NCBI RefSeq assembly: GCF_009914755.1
Contig: NC_060932.1
Length of the DNA: 64,000 nt
Strand: one strand, 5' to 3'
DNA from: the human T2T-CHM13v2.0 reference genome, Homo sapiens
Shown: positions 56,525 through 64,000 of the stretch, piece after piece
Layout of the letters: each line of letters opens with the position of its first letter
Position numbering within the stretch: position 1 is the first letter of the stretch
The notes under the pieces: generated by a model
The model's input: the letters and a program-made list of their open reading frames with translations, nothing else
What the model was told of the DNA's origin: nothing
Database searches by the model: none
Translations under genes and position numbers: made by a program

Positions 56525-58896
56525 TTATGGAACCAGGCTTTGAATGAACCATAAGATTTATTCCCTAATACTAGAGAGGTGGTTATTAAAGTTTGTCCAC
56601 ATTTTGAAATTATATCAACATGATGTCAAAATGATATTGCCCCAGAAGTCCAAAACAATACCTCTTAGAATCATTTTTTGTTTTTATTCACTCACTAGAG
56701 ACTATTTCAAAGGCATTAGCATACTAATCATACTCTTAGGATTTTGAATTTTGCTCTTCAAATTTTGAGATATTCTTGAATTATTAACCAGCTATTTTTA
56801 AAGATCATTGAGTATTTTGAAGTTTAACTTCAAAAGAGTATCTTTCAGAATACCTTTATAATACCTTTACTTTTATAAAAAACTGGCCTTGATGTGTCTA
56901 CATGGAATTATGTTCCTTAAATAAATTCACAGCATATGAGGAGATGCATAGCATTTGTCTGGGAACACTGTTTTAGTTTAAAGGCAAAATGTTCAAAACA
57001 ATTTTGTAAAGGAAAACAAAGTGGGTGGAATTTCTAGCATGTTATCTCTATTAACTCAGAGAATCTTCAAAAGAAAGGATATAAGAGGGACATGGTAATT
57101 GTTATGCCATTATACAGACGAGGAGGCTGAGGCATAAAGAGATAGCTTATCTAGTAGAAAGCTACAGAGCCAGGATTTAAACCTAGTTTCTGGCCAAAAA
57201 CCCATTATCCTATAACATCTCTCAATTTGAATTTATAATTAATACATGGGGAAATAGGTCATCTATGTGTACATTTTAATAAATGTAGTGTTGAGGCAAA
57301 ATTGTCAAATATGCAAGTCACATATTTTTTAATAATTAAGGGTTTACTAAAACTTTATACTTGTTTTAGAATGGTGAAAATCTTTGAAGAGGAGACATTG
57401 TGGAAATCACTGTTATTTTCCTTTTCCTTTCTTTTGGAAAAAAATGTAGTTTTTACTGGGTGTTTTTAAATTGAGTCTTGTGAAGAGTTTATAAATACTT
57501 GAAGAAAGCATCCCATTATCTGTGTCAGAAAACAAAGAGTGGTACTTGTAAAAGTTATTGGAAACCCCATTATCAAATTCCTGGTATGTGAGACTAGCTA
57601 GGAAAATACACTACCAAAATTATATTATAATAAGTTCTAATTGTCAGAGAAATGTTGAAGAAAAACATATCAGAAGTAATTTCACCTGACATTTATAGGA
57701 AGGACAACTACCATCAACCTTTTTTAGGTGGTCAGTCAGGGCACATATCTAGGGAAATAAAATAAGGATAGTGATATCTAGCCAATTTGTTTGTGCTAAT
57801 ATGTATTTGTATCAACATATATAAAATTAATATGGCATCATACTCCAGTGTTTCTCTAGGTTTGGTCCAAGAACCACCTACATCAAAGTCATTGGTGAAC
57901 TTATTATTTATAAAATGTGTGCTCCTAGACCCGATCTCAAGCTTTCTGGGGGTTGGAGCCAGAAGCTGTATTTCAACAAGCTTGCCTGGGGATCCTTATT
58001 TTCATTAAGGTATGTCATAAGGAAACTCATATACTCCACAATATCTGACAGCTGCAAGGCCAGCCACTGATAACTACTACTGTTGGGGATGCAAGAATCA
58101 TTTTTAATCAGTTCCTGTGATTTTCACTGATATTGATTATAATTTTCACGTATCTTATGTGTTTGTGTGTGTGTTATATGGAGACTTTTCTAGGAAAATA
58201 TTAATTAGATTTTCAAAGGCTCTGTGATACACAAAAAACTAAGGGATTTCTGTATTCCCCTCTCTCATACATCCCAGGTTAGGGACAAGAAAACCTTCAG
58301 ATACTAGATAAAGCATTTAATTAGTTTATTTTGCTTTCTCCCAAAGCAAAATATTTTCATTGCTTCTTTGAAAATTTTGGAAAGGCCACCTGCACCTAGT
58401 CATTTCTCTTTCTGCATGGCCAGAGAAGGCTCTGAAGGGCTGACTTTCTCTTCTGCCAAGGAGCATATGTGGCAAGCACTTCTCGGATACTGAAGAGAAA
58501 TTGGCTTATGTCCCTATATATCATATATAATTTATGTGTATCTTTTTATGTGTCATTTATGCCTGTTTTGTCCAGAACCTTGAATAGGCAGAGTGCGTTT
58601 AATTTTTGTATATCTTCTGGGTAATGGTTTCAAATAAACTGAGGTTAGCAAATGGTCAAATTGTCTCTCAACATTTCTCTTATGGAGAGGAGGTATGTGA
58701 GAGCTCATTTCTCTATACCTGTGATAGCAACTTCAATGTTTTGCCTCCCAATATCTCCTTAGAGGTCATGATCAGGTAAAGTATGGGAGTTGGTAATTTT
58801 GAATATCAGTTCAGCGTTACTTTCCTTGTACTGTGGTCAAAAAACGAATGCTTACATGCAATGGCAAATTAAAAGGCATCAGTGAAATGTGAATAC

Positions 58897-59426
58897 CTGT
58901 GGAATGTCTGCCCAGCTTTAGCATGCGCAGAGCCCTGAGCAGCCTCAACACCTGGACAATGCGCCCCACGTTCTCCAGCTCCTGCGTGGTCTGGCTCCCA
59001 CTTAGGCTCTCTACCAGAAGAGTGATGTAGAAGGGCAAGATGGCAAGGAGGTCTATGATGTTTGGCACCTTTCTTAGGAAGCGACACCTGTCCCGCACAC
59101 ACAGGAAGCGGAGGACAAACTCCCCGGTGAACCAGCTAATGCACACATACTCCAGGATTTCCAGCAGCTGCAGGTCCAGCCAGCTTAACTCAGCTGACAT
59201 CAGGGCCATGTTAATGATGGACACCACCACGAAGATAATGGAGATGACGCCAAAGATACGGGCAGCTGTGGAAGATCCAGGTTTCTCCAGGATATTCCAG
59301 AGCTTCTGGCGAACAGTGGGACAAGGTCCTTGGGAGAAGTCCTGTTCACTCTCATGTTGACTTTCCTGGTCTTCTGTGTCCTTCTTGAAGTCTAAAGTTT
59401 CACTCAGCTCTTTCCTTCTGAAGTAT
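58897..59426 (-). CDS. KCNV1: KCNV1 second coding exon: T1-S1 linker and S1-S4 voltage sensor
   Basis: Acceptor ttttctctaaaag|A completes the Arg codon, then YFRRKELSETLDF...EKPGSSTAARIFG...NIIDLLAILPFYI...S4 RIVQVLRLLRALRMLKLGRHST. Donor CAG|GTATTC; 530 nt. Confidence 0.97.
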
Positions 59427-59618
59427 CTTTTAGAGAAAACAATTTGGTGATTAGTCTAACTTTATTAAAATACAGAAGTATAAGATAATTAAACATGGCA
59501 GGGAGGTCAGACTTTTTCATTCAACAAAATGCAGAAAAATGTCTATTCATATTTTACTTAGGTTGTGTCTTACCCACAGTATTCAGAATTTCTCCCTTAG
59601 AATTATGATTATTTTTCC

Positions 59619-59920
59619 TTTTTTTTTTTTTTTTGAGACGGAGTCTTGCTCTGTCGCCCAGGCTGGAGTGCAGCGGAGTGATCTCGGCTTACTGTAGCCT
59701 CCGCTTCCCAGGTTCAAGCGATTCTTCTGCCCCAGCCTCCTGAGTAGCTGGGATTACAGGTACGCACCACCAGCACCCCCGGGTAATTTTTGTATTTTTA
59801 GTAGAGACAGGGTTTCACCATGTTGTCCAGGGGGGGTCTCGAACTCTTGGCCTCAAGTGATCCACCCGCCTCGGCCTCCCAAAGTGCTGGGATTACAGGC
59901 GTGAGCCACCACGACCGGCC
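59619..59920 (-). mobile_element. Alu SINE (AluS-like) in a KCNV1 intron, sense to the gene
   Basis: Poly-T followed by a reverse dimer. Confidence 0.95.
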
Positions 59921-60566
59921 TGGATTATAATTTTTAAAATGACACTTTCTTAGTAGAAGTGTATACATAGTAAAGCTACTTTGGATTAATACATTTTATT
60001 ACCCATTTTCTGGTAAGAACAGATGTTTGGCAGGTGGAACTTTTTTGTGTGTGTGTAAAGGAAATGTATTCATGAAGAAATGGTAGTAATAGCAAGGTAA
60101 CCTCAGAGTTCCACAATCATTCAATCAAGGGACCAACCTTTTATCTTCTATATTTAAAACAATTCTCCATTCAAGTTTTTCAAAGTCAGTGTTCTAGGTT
60201 TGATAAATGATAATGCTGCGTGCCAAATCTTTTATCCCTATGCATGCATTTTTGGAGCATGGCGTTTCTGATTCATTTATTCAGTCACCAAATATTTATT
60301 GTGGGCCTGAAGTCCCTTGCCTTATACGTTAAATTAGCATACTCAAAAAAGGGAACAAAGAGATTCAAAAAGTTCTATTCAAAAGTTGGCGTTGATGCTT
60401 TCCAGTCCCCCACCCCCACCCCACCTGTCAGCCCAGAAGTGGCCACACCTTATTGCTAGGCCTGGCTCCAGCGAAGCTTGTGTAAAGCCTCAAATCTACC
60501 TGTGCCTTCCTCTCTTTCTCTGCCGCGCCCGCCTCCCCGCCCAGCCGCCGCGTGCCTCCGGGGTAC

Positions 60567-61027
60567 CTGTCCCTGCAGCAGGAATCGATGCTGAGCTCAT
60601 CGATGCCCCAGTACTGGATCTCCTGCAGGAAGGAGAGCGCGCACAGCTGCTCCATGACATGCAGGCGGCCGGTGCGGTAGTAGTGCAGGACATATCGGAA
60701 CGCCTGCGAGCTGCGGTCGAAGAAGTACTCGTTGTCCACGGGGTTGGCATCGTCGCAAAGCTCCAGAGGGCTGGGCACGGCGGCCAGGGCCCCGGGGCGG
60801 CGGTAGGAAGCCACCACCACGGCCAGCTTGCCAAGGCGCGTGTGCGGGAAGCAGGACAGCGCCTGCTGCGAGAGCACGAAGCGGCTGCCGCCCACGTTGA
60901 CCGTGAAGCAGTCCCCGAGCGCCAAGGGCTCCCCTTCACCCTCGCTGCAGAAGACACTAGAGTCCAGGGAGGTCAGGGAGCCGCTGTCCAGCGGCGAGTC
61001 CAGCAGCGCTCTGCCGCTGGAAGGCAT
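60567..61027 (-). CDS. KCNV1: KCNV1 (Kv8.1) first coding exon: N-terminus and T1/BTB tetramerisation domain
   Basis: ATG at 61027 opens MPSSGRALLDSPLDSGSLTSLDSSVF...TVNVGGSRF...ELCDDANPVDNEYFFDRS...EIQYWGIDELSIDSCCRDR, a typical Kv T1 domain. Ends at donor AG|GTACCC; 461 nt, phase 2. Confidence 0.97.
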
Positions 61028-62257
61028 CTCTAACCCAGTCGCCGCGGCCTGAGGGCGCCACAAAGTTGGGGACACGCCGGAAGCTTTGGTCCCGCGAGGG
61101 CGGTGGCACGGCCCCTGGTGGCGGCCGGGATTCCCCGGGCTCCCGAAGGGGTTACCTCTCCTTGGCGCACCCTCTCCACCCGCTGTGCGCCTTCCTCCTC
61201 CTGCCGCTAGGGAGCCGGGAGTGCGCGGAAGCAGCGCACAAGTGGCAGAAAGAGGAGACAGGGAGCAGAGGAAGGGTCGCGCTAAGAGAGAGGATCAGGT
61301 GAGGTCCAAGCCCGACACAGTCCCTGTGCACACTGCCGGTCGCCCTGGCCCTTCCCAAACGTTGTCACCCCGCCTCCCAACTTCGCAATTGCGATTCCCA
61401 GCCCAGGAGGTGTACAGATTGAATGACTCGCTACTTGGTGGGTGGAGGGGTTGGGGAAGGGAGGAAGGAGGGAGATGTGGGGCGGAGGAGGAGGAAGAGG
61501 AGAGAAGATGACTCTTAGCTGAACGCAAGCAAGCAAGCAAGCAAGGGGGATGGCGAGACTCACTCCTGCCCGCAGGAGACCAAAACAAAAAGTTCAGAAA
61601 GCAAAGGAAGTGGTAACCGGGTCCCTTCCAACTTGAGAATTTATATTCCTCCCTTTTCTTTTACTGCTGCTTCATAGGCCTCCCCCGGGGTGTTCGCTGG
61701 GGGTGTGAGCAGGTGGGGGAGGGTTCTCTGGGTGAGGGGGCCGCACCATTTTCTCCCAATTCACTCTCATTCTAGTCTGATGATCACTGACGCTCCATTT
61801 TCTTCCGCCGTCTCCCTTAGGTTCTGACCTCCTGGTTGAGAAACAAGAATAATTAATGATGACTTTTTATTGAAGACCCAGTGGGTCACTAAGAACTAGG
61901 AGTGTCACTGTCAGCTCCCACCCTGTCGAGGGTCCACCTCGTGTTGAGGCACTTTTTTGAGGCACCCTTCCTTTTAACCATTTCTGTCCCTACAAGTTTC
62001 CCGGAGAGCAGGTGTTCTGAGCACAGCGGAGCTCTCATTTTAGAAGGAAAGGCAAAAAGACAAGGAATAGAACAAGCGTGGGCTGGGGCAGGAATTTAAA
62101 TAGTAACGACGGCCTCCCTCGGTAAAGGGAGAAGCCGAGGCCAGCGCCCAGGTGAGACTAGAAGTGTACCCACGGGGCCCCTGGAAGCTGCGCTCCAGCC
62201 AACCTGTTGGACTCGGGGTGAGGAGGTGGGGGTGGGAGGGAAGAGCAAGTGACTCAC

Positions 62258-62450
62258 CTGCAGCTCCCGGCACATCTGGTCTGCGCACAACCGGCGCCGC
62301 AGGTAACGTACTCTTCTTTTGATCCTCTTAGTCTACACGTGAGGTCTGACTCGACCGGTCCAGGAGGGAAACTGTGTTCCAGCTGAGCTCTACCCAGCGC
62401 CTGCTGCCTTGCCTTGCCCCGCCTCCACCTCCCTCCGGGCTCCTGGCCCC
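62258..62450 (-). other. Candidate non-coding first exon of KCNV1 (5' end uncertain)
   Basis: Near-consensus donor CAG|GTGAGT at 62258, directly downstream of the GC-box cluster on the minus strand. Confidence 0.5.
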
Positions 62451-62989
62451 TGCGCTTACGCTAAGCGTGTCCGCCCCGCCCGCTCTAGCTCTGAGAGCCA
62501 CTCGCCCAGTGCTTCCAGCACCAGCAGAGGGGAGTGGCAGGATCTAAGGGAGGGAGGTGAGACGGCGGGGGTGGGGGCGGGGGGTAGTGAGGTGCCCGGT
62601 GACACTCAATATTACATTCATCCTGAATACACTTGCAGAATTACTGCATTTGATTCCCGTTTCCCCGGATCTGTGCTTTTGTAAATGCTCCAGAGCAAAA
62701 TTTCCAACTGGATCAGTGTGCTAAACTTGAGGTTAGGGCAGTTATATTAACTGCTTCATTTGGCATGGTTCAAGGTTTTCACATTTTCAGCAGGCATCTC
62801 AGAATCATGCATTTTTCAAGTCTTTGCCAGAGAGAGTGAACCACACTCATCTTCGTTGTTTTCTAGTATGTATATATAGAATACATATTGGAAAGCATAT
62901 ATTATGGATACACTTACATATATAAGTATATATTAGAAAGCATACACACACACACGTATTAGGTAGTATATATAAAGACATAAGCAGGC

Positions 62990-63340
62990 AGCCTGATGTA
63001 GTAGAATAAGCTTTTTCATAGATTGGACAGAAACGTGACTGTTTAGTTCTAGCTTTGCCAACTGGCTGTGGGACGTCTAGCTATCATTTACTTTGAGGGT
63101 CTCAGTGCCTTCCTCAGTGAAATTTCAAGCTTTAATGAAAACACCCAACATTTAATGGGTGCTTACTTTATGCCAGGAAATTTGTAGGCTCTTTATTCAT
63201 GCAGTACCTTATTTAATCATAATGACAACACTATGAGGTAGCATATATCCATTTTACAGAAAGGAAAAGTGAGGCACAGGGAAATTAAGTGATTTGCAAA
63301 GGGCCACACAGTTCAAATCAAACCCAGGACTACATGTCAG
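62990..63340. mobile_element. MIR fragments
   Basis: MIR core-like ccattttacagaaaggaaaagtgaggcacagggaaattaagtgatttgc and an oppositely oriented ctagctttgcca...ctcagtgccttcctc. Confidence 0.6.
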
Positions 63341-64000
63341 AGGCTGCCTTCATAAACAAAATTCTAGAAACATTATTTTTTGTTGATAAATCAGTGTGAT
63401 TGTTTTTATTTTCTTTGTTTACAAGTTTCTAATGAAGGACAGGAGTTTAATGAGGTATTTTCATCACTCTTTCAACAAAAGTTTACTGAGCATTCACTAT
63501 ATACTGGCACTATTCAAGGTACTTGCGATGTATCAATGAAGAATAGACAAGATCTCTGTTGTTGTGGAGCTTATAGTAATCCTCTGAGAATAAATGGGGG
63601 ACTTCAATAAACTTTTTTAAACTATAATATTTATAAGCATGGTTCTTTTGACAGCCATCCATTTGGTTAACTTTTCTCCTTAAAGAACTCTTCCATACAG
63701 TAAATACAGAAATGCTAGAATTATCCCAGTCAACAGTTCTTCATTCTGTATAGGTACTGTATCGTTATTATTTTTTAATGTAGCAGAGCTTTCCCCTGCA
63801 CAGCAAGAAAACTCCTCCAGCATCTCAATTGTAGATTATATAGGTATTGAAAAAAAGCAAAAGGCCATAGTTCTGTTAAGGCTTATTCATACCATGATTA
63901 GCAATGAAAGTCTATACTAGCTTTACAGATTATGGTGAGGAAAGAGGAAAGCATTCAAAGGAGAATGCCAGCTTTAGGTGAGGAGAGAGATCTTGGACAG

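Larger units (their letters stand above)
60520..62600 (-). promoter_or_regulatory. CpG-rich KCNV1 promoter/5' UTR region with two GC-rich blocks (~60520-61400 and ~62100-62600)
   Basis: Sharp rise in GC and CpG compared with the AT-rich flanks. GC boxes CCGCCCCGCCC (62471-62481) and GGGGGCGGGGGG (~62573-62584); CACGTG E-box near 62337; no obvious TATA box. Confidence 0.8.

Noticed and set aside
60386-61033. 215-aa plus-strand ORF antisense to the KCNV1 T1 exon (and other ORFs at 59040-62684)
   Set aside because: Shadow ORFs of GC-rich coding/CpG DNA with no recognisable domain.
60854-62530. REST/RE1 silencer in a neuronal gene
   Set aside because: Only isolated half-site matches (GGACAGCGCC ~60854; TCCAGCACC ~62514), not a correctly spaced full site.

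Overview
This is primate, almost certainly human, genomic DNA. The only protein-coding gene I can support is KCNV1 (Kv8.1, a silent/modifier Kv subunit) on the minus strand. Its three coding exons (61027-60567, 59426-58897, 55238-54727) have canonical GT-AG junctions and sum to 1503 nt (500 aa plus stop). A CpG-rich promoter/5' region lies at about 60.5-62.6 kb. The ~50 kb downstream is a repeat-dense desert: about 15 Alus, a degraded HERV-L provirus with MLT2A1-type LTRs, a complete THE1A MaLR, Tigger1, Charlie1, MER75 (piggyBac), MER20, L1s of several ages, L2 and MIR. I found no prokaryote-style system: no CRISPR, tRNA or rRNA. The most unusual structures are (1) a 493-bp piece of nearby unique DNA copied into the HERV-L 3' LTR, with a hairpin at one junction and microhomology at the other; (2) an 11 x 27-bp in-frame minisatellite grown out of the HERV-L integrase; (3) lesions at the (TA)n tract of both HERV-L LTRs; (4) inverted Alus flanking a KCNV1 exon (circRNA candidate); and (5) a MER75 with a non-canonical TTAT target duplication. 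Repeat subfamily names come from recalled consensus sequences and need RepeatMasker/Dfam confirmation. Boundaries of old repeats are approximate.
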